In this document: piece after piece, positions 23,101-33,244 of the stretch
Layout of the letters: each line of letters begins with the position of its first letter
Numbering within the stretch: position 1 is the first letter of the stretch
NCBI GenBank assembly: GCA_036262835.1
Contig: DATAID010000105.1
Span: 35,303 to 99,302, forward strand
Origin: Burkholderiales bacterium
Lineage (GTDB): Bacteria; Pseudomonadota; Gammaproteobacteria; Burkholderiales; SG8-39
Length of the DNA stretch: 64,000 nucleotides
Direction: 5' to 3'
Translations under genes and position numbers: made by a program
The notes under the pieces: generated by a model
What the model was told of the DNA's origin: nothing
Databases searched by the model: none
The model's input: only the letters and a program-made list of their open reading frames with translations

Positions 23101-24281
23101 GCGTTCAGACCCCGTGCCAGTTGCCGGTTCTCCCAGTCGATGCGAATGAGCACGGCGATCGCGACGCAGTTCATGAGCAGCCCCGAGCCGCCGAAGCTCA
23201 TGAGCGGGAGGGTGAGCCCCTTGGTGGGCAGCAGGCCCATGTTTACGCCCATGTTGATGAGCGCCTGAAAGCCGATCCAGATGCCGATCCCCTGTGCGAC
23301 GAGCGCGGTGAAGTGGCGCTCGCGCAGGGCTGCCTGGCGGCCGATCGCGAAGGCGCGCAGCACGATCCAGCCGAAGAGCGCGATCACCAGCGCGACGCCG
23401 GCGAGGCCGAGCTCCTCGGCGATCACGGCGAGGAGGAAATCGGTGTGCGCCTCCGGCAGGTAGTGCAGCTTCTCCACGCTCGCGCCCAGGCCCACCCCAA
23501 GCCATTCGCCGCGGCCGAAGGCGATAAGCGCATGCGACAGCTGATACCCCTTGCCGAAAGGATCCGACCAGGGATCCATGAAGCCGAAGATGCGCTGCAT
23601 GCGGTAAGGCGAGGAGAGCACGAGCGCGATGAAGCCGACCGCGAGCATGCCGAGGAGCGCCGAAAAGTGCCGGGCGCTCATGCCGCCGAGAAAGAGGATG
23701 CCGAAGGTGGTGACCGCGATCACGACGAAGGCGCCGAAGTCGGGCTCGCGCAGGAGCAGCCAGGCGATCACCAGCATGACCCCGAGCATCGGCAGCAGGC
23801 CGCGCTTGAAGTTCTTCAGCACGGCGTGCTTTCGCACGGTGTAGTCGGCAGCATAGAGTACAACCGCGAGCTTCATGATCTCGGAGGGCTGGACGTTGAC
23901 GGCGCCGAGGTTGAGCCAGCGGCGCGCGCCGTTCACCTCGCGCCCGACGCCGGGGACGAGGACGAGCACGAGGAGCACCGCGCCCGCCGCGAAGAGCCAG
24001 GGCGCGGCCTTCTGCCACAGGCGCGCCGGAATCATGAACACCGCGGTCGCCGCGGCGAGCGCGACGGCGAGGAACGCGCCGTGCCGCAGGAGGAAGTACG
24101 CCGGGTTGTGCCCGGAGAAGCGGCTTGACTCCGCGGTGGCGATGGAAGCCGAGTAAACCATCACCAGCCCGAGCATGACGAGGATCAGCGCCGCCCAGGC
24201 GAGCGAGCGGTCGTACTCCGGCGCGGGCTGGTTGCCGCGCAGGCTGCCGCCCAGGTTGCCGCCTGCGACGACGCTAGCCAT
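23097..24281 (-). CDS. ftsW: Peptidoglycan glycosyltransferase FtsW (SEDS family)
   Basis: Polytopic membrane protein with [24 protein letters not shown] and [16 protein letters not shown] motifs. ATG 24281 overlaps the murD end by 8 nt. Confidence 0.9.
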   Translation of the reverse strand: MASVVAGGNLGGSLRGNQPAPEYDRSLAWAALILVMLGLVMVYSASIATAESSRFSGHNPAYFLLRHGAFLAVALAAATAVFMIPARLWQKAAPWLFAAGAVLLVLVLVPGVGREVNGARRWLNLGAVNVQPSEIMKLAVVLYAADYTVRKHAVLKNFKRGLLPMLGVMLVIAWLLLREPDFGAFVVIAVTTFGILFLGGMSARHFSALLGMLAVGFIALVLSSPYRMQRIFGFMDPWSDPFGKGYQLSHALIAFGRGEWLGVGLGASVEKLHYLPEAHTDFLLAVIAEELGLAGVALVIALFGWIVLRAFAIGRQAALRERHFTALVAQGIGIWIGFQALINMGVNMGLLPTKGLTLPLMSFGGSGLLMNCVAIAVLIRIDWENRQLARGLNA

Positions 24282-25650
24282 GCTTGAGTTCCTTGACCGC
24301 GGCGGCGAAGGCTTCGCCGCGATGCTTGTAGTCGCGGAACATGTCGAAGCTCGCGCACGCGGGCGAGAGCAGCACGGCGTCCCCTCTCTGCGCCACTTCG
24401 GCGGCACGCCTGACGGCGGCTTCGAGCGTGGAGGCTTTTTCCTTCGGAACGTCCACGCCTGAGAGTGCGCGCTTGATCAAGCCCGCGTCCCGGCCGATCA
24501 GAACCACATGCCGCGCGTGGGCTTTCACGGCCGGCGCAAGCGGCGAGAAGTCCTGGCCCTTGCCTTCGCCGCCGAGGATGAGGATCGCCGGGCGCCCGAG
24601 GCCGTTCAGCGCGGCGACCGTCGCCCCGACGTTCGTGCCCTTGGAATCGTCGAGCCAGGCGATGCCGCCGCGCTCGGCCACGAGTTCCATTCGGTGCGGC
24701 AGGCCGCGGAAGCTGCGCAGGCCGGCGCCGAGCGAAGCGAGCGGCGCGCCGGCGAGCGTCGCTAGCGCGCACGCGGCGAGCGCGTTGGAGACGTTGTGGG
24801 CTCCCGTGATGGGAAGTTCGCCAGCTTTCAGGATTCGTTCTTCACCTTGCACCAGCCATTCGTTCCTGATCCCGAAATCCTCCGGCATCGGCGGCACGTC
24901 CATGCCGAACGTCACCTGCGCGCGGCCGGCCAGCGCCATCGCCATCGATCCGGAATCGCAGCGATTGAGCACCTGCACGCCGCGCCCCTGGAAAATGCGC
25001 GCCTTCGCCGCGGCGTATTCGGCCAGCCCCGCGTAGCGGTCCAGATGGTCTTCGGAGAGGTTGAGCACCGCCGCCGCCTCGGGGGCAAGCGACCAGGTGG
25101 TCTCGAGCTGGTAGCTCGAGAGCTCGAGCACCCAGGCGGCCGGCGCTTTCTTCCTCTTGGCGAGCGCCTCGAGCGCGGGCGGCGAGATATTGCCCGCGAC
25201 TTCCGCGTCGATGCGCGCCGAGCGCAGCAGATGGCCGGTGAGCGCGGTGACGGTGCTTTTCCCGTTCGTCCCGGTGATCGCAAGCACCTTCGCCTTTGTC
25301 TTGCGCGCGTCCCACGCAAAGAGTTCTATGTCTCCCACCACCGGGATTTGTTTTTCTGCAGCTTCAAGAAAAATAGAGTCGGTCAGGGCAAGGCCGGGAC
25401 TGACACAGACAAGATCAACCCCTTTGAGAAGAGAGGTCTTGAAATTCCCGGTGACCAGCTCGCCGGCGTAATCGCTTTTCCTGGGCGGCGCCTTGCGCGT
25501 GTCGGCCGCGCGCACGATGCCGCCGTGGCGCTGCACCCATTGCGCGACCGAAAGGCCGGTGTCGCCGAGCCCGAGCACCAGAACTCTTTTTCCCTTGAGC
25601 GCAAACGCCCCGGGAGGAGCAAGCAGCGAGAAGGCCGGCTCGCGCATCAT
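24274..25650 (-). CDS. murD: UDP-N-acetylmuramoylalanine--D-glutamate ligase
   Basis: [12 protein letters not shown] Rossmann motif and [11 protein letters not shown]-loop. ATGA overlap with the mraY stop. Confidence 0.9.
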   Translation of the reverse strand: MMREPAFSLLAPPGAFALKGKRVLVLGLGDTGLSVAQWVQRHGGIVRAADTRKAPPRKSDYAGELVTGNFKTSLLKGVDLVCVSPGLALTDSIFLEAAEKQIPVVGDIELFAWDARKTKAKVLAITGTNGKSTVTALTGHLLRSARIDAEVAGNISPPALEALAKRKKAPAAWVLELSSYQLETTWSLAPEAAAVLNLSEDHLDRYAGLAEYAAAKARIFQGRGVQVLNRCDSGSMAMALAGRAQVTFGMDVPPMPEDFGIRNEWLVQGEERILKAGELPITGAHNVSNALAACALATLAGAPLASLGAGLRSFRGLPHRMELVAERGGIAWLDDSKGTNVGATVAALNGLGRPAILILGGEGKGQDFSPLAPAVKAHARHVVLIGRDAGLIKRALSGVDVPKEKASTLEAAVRRAAEVAQRGDAVLLSPACASFDMFRDYKHRGEAFAAAVKELKHG

Positions 25651-26747
25651 CTTAGCTTCAGCGTCGAGAGCCCGAAGAGGACGAGCATCATGGTGATGAT
25701 CCAGAAGCGCACCACCACCTGCGACTCTTTCCAGCCTTCGAGCTCATAGTGGTGGTGGAGCGGCGCCATGCGGAAGATGCGCTTGCCGCCTGACCACTTG
25801 AAGTAGAGCACCTGGATCATCACCGAAAGCGTCTCGGCGACAAAGACGCCGCCCATGATGAAGAGCACGATCTCCTGGCGCACGATCACCGCGATCGTGC
25901 CAAGCGCGGCGCCGAGGGCGAGCGCACCCACGTCGCCCATGAACACTTCCGCCGGGTAGGCGTTGAACCAGAGAAAGCCCAGCCCCGCGCCGACGATCGC
26001 ACCGCAGATGACGGCAAGCTCGCCCGCGCCCGCGATGTAGGGCAGCCCGAGGTACTTGGAAAACACGGCGTTGCCCGCGACGTAGGCGAAGATGCCGAGC
26101 GCGCCGCCGACCATGACCGTGGGCATGATCGCCAGGCCGTCCAGGCCGTCGGTGAGGTTGACCGCGTTCGAGCTGCCGACGATGACGAAATAGGTGAGGA
26201 TGACGAAGCCGATCGTGCCGAGCGGATAGGCGACGAACTTGAAGAAGGGCACGATCAGCTCGTTCAATGCCGGAATGCCGGGCGTGCCCTGCGCCATCCA
26301 GGCGAGAAAGCCGGCGGCGCCCAGGCCGAAGAGCGACTGCCAGAAGAATTTCGCCTTGGCCGAGAGTCCCTTCGGGTTGCGCCGCACCACCTTGCGGTAG
26401 TCGTCGATCCAGCCGATCGCGCCGAAGGCGAGCGTGACCAGCAGCACCACCCAGACGAAGCGGTTGCGCAGGTCGCCCCACAGCAGCGTCGTGATCGCGA
26501 TCGAGACGAGGATGAGCGCGCCGCCCATGGTCGGCGTGCCGGCCTTCGTGAGATGCGACTTGGGACCGTCGTCTCGCACCGCCTGGCCGATCTTGTAGGC
26601 CGTGAGCTTGCGGATCACGTAGGGCCCCAGGATGAGCGAGATGGCGAGCGCCGTGAGGCACGCGAGCACCGCTCGCAGCGTGATGTACTGGAAGACGTTG
26701 AAGAGCCGCACATCCTTGGCGAGCCATTGGGCGAGCTCGAGCAGCAT
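25647..26747 (-). CDS. mraY: Phospho-N-acetylmuramoyl-pentapeptide transferase
   Basis: Starts [26 protein letters not shown], with KAGTPTMGG and [13 protein letters not shown] motifs. TAATG overlap with the murF stop. Confidence 0.95.
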   Translation of the reverse strand: MLLELAQWLAKDVRLFNVFQYITLRAVLACLTALAISLILGPYVIRKLTAYKIGQAVRDDGPKSHLTKAGTPTMGGALILVSIAITTLLWGDLRNRFVWVVLLVTLAFGAIGWIDDYRKVVRRNPKGLSAKAKFFWQSLFGLGAAGFLAWMAQGTPGIPALNELIVPFFKFVAYPLGTIGFVILTYFVIVGSSNAVNLTDGLDGLAIMPTVMVGGALGIFAYVAGNAVFSKYLGLPYIAGAGELAVICGAIVGAGLGFLWFNAYPAEVFMGDVGALALGAALGTIAVIVRQEIVLFIMGGVFVAETLSVMIQVLYFKWSGGKRIFRMAPLHHHYELEGWKESQVVVRFWIITMMLVLFGLSTLKLR

Positions 26748-28114
26748 TAGTGCGCGCCCCCTTTTTCGCCGGTCAGCAGCTCGACGACGCGCTCCATCCT
26801 CATGAACCGCGAGCCCTTTACCAGGATCGTTCTGGCGTCCTGCAGGTTCGCCTTGATTTCGCTCAGATCCTCGACGTGGGTTCCGCCGAACGCTTTCGCG
26901 CTTTCTTTGGCTGCCGCGCCAAAAGAAAGAAGAAACCGGATGCCCTTCTCCTGCGCATACCTGCCGACTTCGGCGTGGAATTCCGGCCCCTGCTCGCCCA
27001 CTTCGCCCATGTCGCCGAGGACGAGCGCGGTCGGCCCCGGGCAGGCGGCAAGCACGTCGATCGCGGCGCGCACCGAGTCCGGGTTGGCGTTGTAGGTGTC
27101 GTCGATCAGGGTGGCGCCGCCGGCGGTCTTCTTCACCTGCAGGCGCCCGCTGTAGGGACGGAAATCCGAGAGGCCGGCGCCGATCGCCGCCGGCGCGACG
27201 CCCGCCGCGTGGGCGCAGGCCGCCGCGGCGAGCGCGTTCCTCACGTTGTGCAACCCGGGGATCGCGAGCTTCGCGTGCGCCTCGCCCGCCGGCGTTCTCA
27301 CGACGATCTCGCTTTCGAGCCCTTTTTGCGCGTAGCGGCCGGTGACATCGCCCACCGCGAGGCCGAATTCGATTCTCTTGCGGGCGCCTGCCTTCGCGCG
27401 GAAGACCGGCGCCATCGCATCCTCTGCGTTCAGCACGGCGATGCCGCCCTCCGGCAGCGCCTCGAACACGCTCGCGTTCTCGGCGGCGACCGCCTCGATC
27501 GAGTGCATGAATTCCTGGTGCTCGCGCTGCGCGTTGTTGACGAGCGCGATCGTGGGCAGCGCGATCGCGGCGAGCTCGGCGATCTCGCCCGGATGGTTCA
27601 TGCCGAGCTCGATCGCGCAATAGCGGTGCGTCGCGCGCATGCGCAGCAGCGTCAGCGGCACGCCGATGTCGGTGTTGAGATTGCCTTGCGTGTGCAGCGC
27701 GCCGGCTTCGCCCGCGTGGGCGCGCAGGATCGAGGCGAGCATCTCCTTGGTCGTGGTCTTGCCGTTGGAGCCCGTGATCGCGATGAGCGCCGGCGCGAAG
27801 CGCAGCCGCCAGTGGCGCCCGAGCCGCCCGAGGCCCTTGCGCGTGTCATCGCCGACGACGAGAAGAGGGAGGCCCGGCCGCGGCAGCGGCTCCCCGGCGG
27901 CGTATTTCTCGTCGACGAGGGCGCCCGCTGCGCCGCGCTCCTTTGCCACGCCGAGAAACCGGTGCCCGTCGAAGCGTTCGCCGCGGATGGCGACAAAGAG
28001 CTCGCCCCGCGCCAGGCTGCGGCTGTCGGTAGAGACGCCGCCGAAGATCGCGTCCGCGCCGGGTCCGGACACGCGCCCCTGGATCGCGCTGGCGGCCTCG
28101 GCGAGGCTCATCAT
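26747..28114 (-). CDS. murF: UDP-N-acetylmuramoyl-tripeptide--D-alanyl-D-alanine ligase
   Basis: Starts [19 protein letters not shown], with the [14 protein letters not shown]-loop. ATGATGA overlap with the murE stop. Confidence 0.9.
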   Translation of the reverse strand: MMSLAEAASAIQGRVSGPGADAIFGGVSTDSRSLARGELFVAIRGERFDGHRFLGVAKERGAAGALVDEKYAAGEPLPRPGLPLLVVGDDTRKGLGRLGRHWRLRFAPALIAITGSNGKTTTKEMLASILRAHAGEAGALHTQGNLNTDIGVPLTLLRMRATHRYCAIELGMNHPGEIAELAAIALPTIALVNNAQREHQEFMHSIEAVAAENASVFEALPEGGIAVLNAEDAMAPVFRAKAGARKRIEFGLAVGDVTGRYAQKGLESEIVVRTPAGEAHAKLAIPGLHNVRNALAAAACAHAAGVAPAAIGAGLSDFRPYSGRLQVKKTAGGATLIDDTYNANPDSVRAAIDVLAACPGPTALVLGDMGEVGEQGPEFHAEVGRYAQEKGIRFLLSFGAAAKESAKAFGGTHVEDLSEIKANLQDARTILVKGSRFMRMERVVELLTGEKGGAH

Positions 28115-29514
28115 CGCTCCGTCCGCGCCCCGAGCGCCGCGGCGGCGACGGCCGCATCGGAAAACGGCAGCCTGCGGCCCGCGATCTCCTGCGTGGCCTC
28201 GTGGCCCTTGCCCGCGAGAAGGACGACATCCCTTTCGTCCGCGCCAGCGATCGCCGCGCGGATCGCGCTTTCGCGGTCCGGATCGGTAGCGACCTCGCCA
28301 CTCGTGCCGCGCCGGATCGCCTCGATGATTTGCGCGGGATCCTCGCTGCGCGGGTTGTCCGAGGTGAGGATCACCCGATCGGCGAGCCGCGAAGCGACTC
28401 CGCCCATCAGCGGGCGCTTCGCCCCGTCCCGGTCGCCGCCCGCGCCGAACACGACCGCGAGCCGGCCGCCGCGCGCGGCGGCCACCGGCCTGAGCGCGCC
28501 GAGCACCTTCTCGAGTGCATCGGGCGTGTGCGCGTAGTCGACCACCACCATCGGCCGCTCGCCCACCACCTGCATGCGCCCGGGCACCGCCGGCAGCTTG
28601 CCGAGCAGCCGCGCGGCCTCGGCGAAAGGCATGCCCTTCGCCCGCAGGCAGCCGAGCACGCCGAGGGCGTTGGAAAGATTGAACGCCCCGACCTGCGCGA
28701 TCGGGACCTCGATGCTTCCGGAATTGGTCGTGATTTTTATTTGGCCTGGATTCTTTTGTTCGGCGACGAGAAATTCGGACACGCCCTCGCTCACGCCCGA
28801 GATGCTGTAGCCCACAGTCTTGGCGCGCGTACGTTTCGCCAGTTCGCGGCCGAACGAATCGTCGAGATTCAGCACTGCGGTTTCGAGCTGCGGCGTGCCG
28901 AACAGCTTCGCTTTTGCCTCGCCGTACTCGGCCATCGTGCCGTGGTAGTCGAGGTGATCGTGCGTCAGGTTGGTGAAGAGCGCGCACTTGAAGGCGATGC
29001 CGTTCGCGCGGCCCTGGTCCAGGCCGTGCGAGGACACTTCCATCGCGACCGCGCCGGCACCGGCGTCTTTGAATTCACGAAGCAGGCGATGGGTTTCGAG
29101 GGCATCGGGCGTGGTGTTTTGCACCGCCTCCAGCCGGGGAGGAAAGCCCGAACCCAGAGTCCCGATCACGGCGGACTTGACGTTCTCCATGGAAAGCGCC
29201 GCTGCGATCCACTGCGAGCAGGTCGTCTTGCCGTTCGTGCCGGTGACGCCGCACGTCCAGAGCGAATCGCTCGGGCGGCCGTAGAACTGGTGGGCGAGCA
29301 GGCCTGCCTTTTCTCTCAGGTTCTTGACGGCGGCGTTCGGCACGCTCCATGCCGGATCGAATGAAAAGCCCTCGCGCTCCCACACGACGGCGGAGGCGCC
29401 GCGCTTCACCGCATCGCCGATGAAGCGGCGACCGTCGGCCGACTCGCCCGGCCAGGCGAAGAACGCGGCGCCCGGCGCCGCGCGCCGGCTGTCGGATGTC
29501 AGCCGCTCGATCAC
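28111..29514 (-). CDS. murE: UDP-N-acetylmuramoyl-L-alanyl-D-glutamate--2,6-diaminopimelate ligase (start uncertain, possibly extends to 29568)
   Basis: TSDSRR, GVTGTNGKTT and the DNPR (meso-DAP-type) motif. The first canonical start is GTG 29514. An in-frame plausible N-terminal extension reaches CTG 29568, which overlaps the ftsI TGA. Confidence 0.88.
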   Translation of the reverse strand: MIERLTSDSRRAAPGAAFFAWPGESADGRRFIGDAVKRGASAVVWEREGFSFDPAWSVPNAAVKNLREKAGLLAHQFYGRPSDSLWTCGVTGTNGKTTCSQWIAAALSMENVKSAVIGTLGSGFPPRLEAVQNTTPDALETHRLLREFKDAGAGAVAMEVSSHGLDQGRANGIAFKCALFTNLTHDHLDYHGTMAEYGEAKAKLFGTPQLETAVLNLDDSFGRELAKRTRAKTVGYSISGVSEGVSEFLVAEQKNPGQIKITTNSGSIEVPIAQVGAFNLSNALGVLGCLRAKGMPFAEAARLLGKLPAVPGRMQVVGERPMVVVDYAHTPDALEKVLGALRPVAAARGGRLAVVFGAGGDRDGAKRPLMGGVASRLADRVILTSDNPRSEDPAQIIEAIRRGTSGEVATDPDRESAIRAAIAGADERDVVLLAGKGHEATQEIAGRRLPFSDAAVAAAALGARTER

Positions 29515-29564
29515 GGCTCCCCGGGATCGAAGCTGCGGCTCGAGCTGCGCGAAAACGTCGTCAA

Positions 29565-31292
29565 TCAGGTGCTCTCCTTCGCTTCCTCGCCCTCGCCGGG
29601 CAGCTCGAGCGGCGCGAGCGGGGCGTCGTAAGGCGCGCCCATCAGGCGCAGCGCGCCCTGCATGACCTGCGCGAACACGGGCGCGGCGACCTGGCCGCCG
29701 TAATATTGGCCGTCCGAAGGCTCATCCAGCATGACCGCGATCACGAGCCGGGGTTCGGACACGGGCGCGAATCCCACGAACGACGACACGTACTTGCTGG
29801 CCGCGTAGCCGCCGTTCTCCTGCTTGTGCGCGGTACCGGTCTTGCCGGCGACGCGCCAGCCGGCGATGCGCGCGCGCGGCGCGGTGCCGCCCGGCTGCAC
29901 GGCCGACTCGAGCATCGCGCGCATCTCGCGCGCGACTTCGGGCGAGAGCACGCGCGTTCCGCCGGCCGTGGTCGCGGTGCGCACCAGGGACAGCGGCACG
30001 AGCTCGCCGTCGCGCGCGAAGATCGTGTAGGCGTGCGCGAGCTGGATCAGGCTCACCGAGATGCCGTGCCCGTAGGCCATCGTCGCCTGCTCGACCGGGC
30101 GCCAGGTTTTCGCCGGGCGCAGCTTCCCGCTCGCCTCGCCCGGGAAGCCGAGGTGCGGCGCCGCCCCGAACCCGACGCGGCGAAAGAGCTCGTGCATCTC
30201 CTCGCGCGGCAGCGAGAGCGCGATCTTCGCCGAGCCCACGTTGGAGGACTTCTGCAGCACCTGCGAGACGGTCATCTGGCCGCCCGGGTGGGCGTCGTGG
30301 ATGGTGTAGTTGCCGATCGTCAGCGCCCCGGGCGCGGTCGGAATGAGCGTCTGCGGCGTGACGCGGCCGAGCTCGAGGGCGAGCCCGATGGTGAAAGGCT
30401 TCAGCGTCGAGCCGGGCTCGAAGGTGTCGGTCATGACGCGGTTGCGCACCTGCGCCGGCGACACCTTGGCGCGATTGTTGGGGTTGTAGCTCGGCAGGTT
30501 GGCGAGCGCGAGCACTTCGCCCGTGCGCACGTCCAGCACGACGATCGCACCGGCTTTCGCCTTGTGCGCTTCGACTGCGGCCTTGAGCGCGCCGAAGGCG
30601 ATGTTCTGGACCTTGCTGTCCAGGGCGAGCGTCAGGTCGTGACCGTCCTGCGCGGCGCGGATCGACTCGACGTCCTCGACGATGCGCCCGAGCCGGTCCT
30701 TGATCACCCGGCGGCTGCCGGCGGTGCCGGCGAGCTGGCTCTGGTGCGCGAGCTCGATGCCTTCCTGGCCGGCGTCGTCCACGCCGGTGAAGCCGACCAC
30801 GTGGGCCGTGGTCTCGCCGCCCGGGTAGTAGCGCCGGAACTCGCTTTGCTCGTAGAGGCCCGGGATGCCGAGCGCGGCGACTTTTGCCGCCGTCTCGGGC
30901 GGAATCTGGCGCTTGAGGTACACGAAGTCGCGCTCGGCGCCCGAGATGCGGCGCTCGATCTCCCTCGGCTCCTGGCCGAGCAGCCGCCCGAGCGCGGCGA
31001 GCTGCGCGGACTTGGCGCTGAAATCCTCCGGGATCGCCCACACCGACTTCACCGGCGTCGAAATGGCGAGCGCCTCGCCGTTGCGATCCAGGATGCGGCC
31101 GCGCGTGCCGGGGATCTCGAGCACGCGCGCGTAGCGCGCCTCGCCTTTTTCCTGGAGAAAGCCCGTCTTCAGGGACTGCAGGTACGCCGAGCGCCCGGCG
31201 AGGACGAGAAAGGCGGCGAGCAGCAGCGCCAGCGCGAAGCGGGCGCGCCACTGCGGCAGCCGGACCAGCACCGGCACGCTCGCGGAGCTCAC
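29565..31292 (-). CDS. ftsI: Peptidoglycan D,D-transpeptidase FtsI (PBP3)
   Basis: N-terminal TM segment, then the STLKPF (SxxK), SSN and KTGT motifs. GTG 31292 forms a GTGA overlap with the ftsL stop. Confidence 0.9.
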   Translation of the reverse strand: MSSASVPVLVRLPQWRARFALALLLAAFLVLAGRSAYLQSLKTGFLQEKGEARYARVLEIPGTRGRILDRNGEALAISTPVKSVWAIPEDFSAKSAQLAALGRLLGQEPREIERRISGAERDFVYLKRQIPPETAAKVAALGIPGLYEQSEFRRYYPGGETTAHVVGFTGVDDAGQEGIELAHQSQLAGTAGSRRVIKDRLGRIVEDVESIRAAQDGHDLTLALDSKVQNIAFGALKAAVEAHKAKAGAIVVLDVRTGEVLALANLPSYNPNNRAKVSPAQVRNRVMTDTFEPGSTLKPFTIGLALELGRVTPQTLIPTAPGALTIGNYTIHDAHPGGQMTVSQVLQKSSNVGSAKIALSLPREEMHELFRRVGFGAAPHLGFPGEASGKLRPAKTWRPVEQATMAYGHGISVSLIQLAHAYTIFARDGELVPLSLVRTATTAGGTRVLSPEVAREMRAMLESAVQPGGTAPRARIAGWRVAGKTGTAHKQENGGYAASKYVSSFVGFAPVSEPRLVIAVMLDEPSDGQYYGGQVAAPVFAQVMQGALRLMGAPYDAPLAPLELPGEGEEAKEST

Positions 31293-31555
31293 CGCCCGTC
31301 CCCGACGATCTTGACGCGGCGCGGATCGGGCGCGCGCATGCCGAGGGCGCCGGTCGCGACGCGCTCGACGCGCGAGTGCAGTCCCCAGGTGCTCGATTCA
31401 AGCTGCAGCTGCCCGTACTCGACTTCGAGGGCGCGGCTGTGCTCCTGCTCGCGTTCGAGCTCGGAGAACTTCTTGCGCGACTGGTGCTGGGAGGTGACGA
31501 GCCCGAGCGCGCAGACGACGAGAACCAGGAGGAGGAGGAGGTTCAGCTTCGCCAC
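31289..31555 (-). CDS. ftsL: Cell division protein FtsL
   Basis: 88 aa with the TM segment [17 protein letters not shown] followed by a coiled coil. Lies between rsmH and ftsI. Confidence 0.8.
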   Translation of the reverse strand: MAKLNLLLLLVLVVCALGLVTSQHQSRKKFSELEREQEHSRALEVEYGQLQLESSTWGLHSRVERVATGALGMRAPDPRRVKIVGDGR

Positions 31556-32523
31556 GCGTCGGGCTCGTGTTCGGAGATTCGCTTGAGAAAAGCGGGGTCA
31601 AGGCGAGCGCCGGTACGCTCGGCCGCGCGCAGCTTCGCGCTGCGGGCTCTGGGGTTAGCGCTCACTTCCGTGTCAGTGGGGCGCGTGACGCGCCCGACGA
31701 TGGTGAGCGGCGCTTGTGGCATTTCGCTGGCACGAATGGGCAAATTCTCGGGCACGTCGGGGCGGCTTGCCGCCGCGAAGAACCGCTTCACCAGCCGGTC
31801 CTCCAGCGAATGGAAGCTGATCACGGCGATCCGGCCGCCGGGGGCGAGCGCCGAGAGCGCCTGGGGAAGCATCAGCGCGACCTCCTCAAGCTCCCGATTG
31901 ACGAGAATCCGTAGAGCCTGAAAGGTGCGCGTCGCCGGATCCTGGCCCCTCTCCCGTGTGGGGATCGCCTCAGCCACGACAGCGGCAAGCTGCTCGGTGC
32001 GGACAAGCGGCTCGCGTGCGCGAGCAGCAGCAATCGCCTTTGCAACCTGTTTAGCAAACCGTTCTTCGCCATAGCTAGCGATCGCCTCCCGGAGTTCTTT
32101 TTCTGTGGTTTTCGCGAGCCACTCGGCCGCCGTCATCCCGCGCGTCGGGTCCATGCGCATGTCGAGCGGCCCCGGGTGGCGGAAGGAAAAGCCGCGCGCC
32201 GGATCCTCCAGCTGCGGCGAGGACACGCCGAGGTCCGCCAGCACGCCGTCCACTTTTTCGATGCCCAGGCGCGCCAGCGCCCGCCCGAGCTCGCTGAAGG
32301 GCGCGTGCACCGCGCTGAAACGCGGATCGCGGATTTCCTGCGCGGCGGCGATCGCCTGCGGATCGCGGTCGAGCGCCACGAGCCTCGCCGAGGGCGCAAG
32401 CCGCTCGAGCAGCGCGCGGCTGTGCCCGCCGCGTCCGAAGGTGGCATCGACGTAGGCGCCCCCGGGCTTGAGCGCAAGCGCCGTGAGCGCCTCTTCGAGC
32501 AGCACCGCGCGGTGCGCGCTCAT
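31543..32523 (-). CDS. rsmH: 16S rRNA (cytosine1402-N4)-methyltransferase
   Basis: [10 protein letters not shown]...[21 protein letters not shown] and SFHSLEDR motifs. Confidence 0.95.
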   Translation of the reverse strand: MSAHRAVLLEEALTALALKPGGAYVDATFGRGGHSRALLERLAPSARLVALDRDPQAIAAAQEIRDPRFSAVHAPFSELGRALARLGIEKVDGVLADLGVSSPQLEDPARGFSFRHPGPLDMRMDPTRGMTAAEWLAKTTEKELREAIASYGEERFAKQVAKAIAAARAREPLVRTEQLAAVVAEAIPTRERGQDPATRTFQALRILVNRELEEVALMLPQALSALAPGGRIAVISFHSLEDRLVKRFFAAASRPDVPENLPIRASEMPQAPLTIVGRVTRPTDTEVSANPRARSAKLRAAERTGARLDPAFLKRISEHEPDAWRS

Positions 32524-32532
32524 GGGCCTCGC

Positions 32533-32982
32533 TCAAAGCGAGAAGCCTTCCATCCCGGGCGGCGCCGTGCCCGTGCCGGCGAGCGCCGCGGAAAGCTTCG
32601 CGTTCCAGACGCCCGGGTCCCACAGCTCGAAGTAATGGCCCTGCCCGACGAGCATCGCTTCACGCTCGAGCTTCGCGTGCAGGCGCAGCCCGCTCGAGAG
32701 AAGCACGCGCCCCGAGGCATCCGGCGCGATGTGCTCCTCGAAGCCGAGCAGCAGCCGCTTCCACCAGCTCGCCTGCGGATGAAAGCTCGGAAATTTCTCG
32801 ACCTGGGCGCGCACGCGCTCCCACTCGCTCTCCGGATAAAGCAGCGCGCAGCCGTCGGGGTGGGCGGTCAGCACGAGCGTCCGGCTCGCCGCGACCAGCG
32901 ATTCGCGATGACGCGTGGGAATGGCAATGCGGCCCTTTGCATCGAGCGTGATGACCGCCGCGCCGTGAAACGCTCCTCCCAT
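32533..32982 (-). CDS. mraZ: Transcriptional regulator MraZ
   Basis: 149 aa with duplicated SpoVT/AbrB-like halves (LDAKGRIAIP and DASGRVLL). First gene of the dcw cluster. Confidence 0.9.
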   Translation of the reverse strand: MGGAFHGAAVITLDAKGRIAIPTRHRESLVAASRTLVLTAHPDGCALLYPESEWERVRAQVEKFPSFHPQASWWKRLLLGFEEHIAPDASGRVLLSSGLRLHAKLEREAMLVGQGHYFELWDPGVWNAKLSAALAGTGTAPPGMEGFSL

Positions 32983-33030
32983 CCCTTTTTTTCTCCTCGC
33001 CCTGACACCGCCCGCCCGAAAGCAGACATG

Positions 33031-33086
33031 TTCCCCACTTTTTTCTACGTTTCTCCACTTTAATGCGAAAGTCCGCTAAAGGTCAA
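33031..33086 (-). promoter_or_regulatory. Candidate Pmra promoter (-35 TTGACC) with two AAGTGGrGAA direct repeats (putative MraZ boxes)
   Basis: On the minus strand, AAGTGGAGAA (33060-33051) and AAGTGGGGAA (33040-33031) are exactly 20 bp apart, 49-78 nt upstream of the mraZ ATG. TTGACC (33086-33081) lies 17 nt upstream of a weak -10 (TTAAAG) that abuts the first box. The region is locally AT-rich. Confidence 0.4.
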
Positions 33087-33244
33087 GCTTCCGAGAGGAA
33101 AAAGTTCAGGTGCGACAAATACTTAGCTTAACATTTCGAGATGGTTTCTCGATTTTGAAACACATTAAATATCAATAACTTAATAACTGCACTAAAAGTG
33201 ACTTCTGAGGAGTCAGTCGCCTCCTCCGAGGCGATAATGCGAAG

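Noticed and set aside
33190-33244. Overlapping alternative hairpins (GAGGAG...CTCCTC and CGCCTC...GAGGCG) plus the direct repeat ATAACTTAATAACT just upstream of scoA. These suggested a riboregulator.
   Set aside because: The stems are short (6 bp), there is no recognisable riboswitch class, and no terminator or antiterminator logic could be built. I recorded this only as an AT-rich promoter region.
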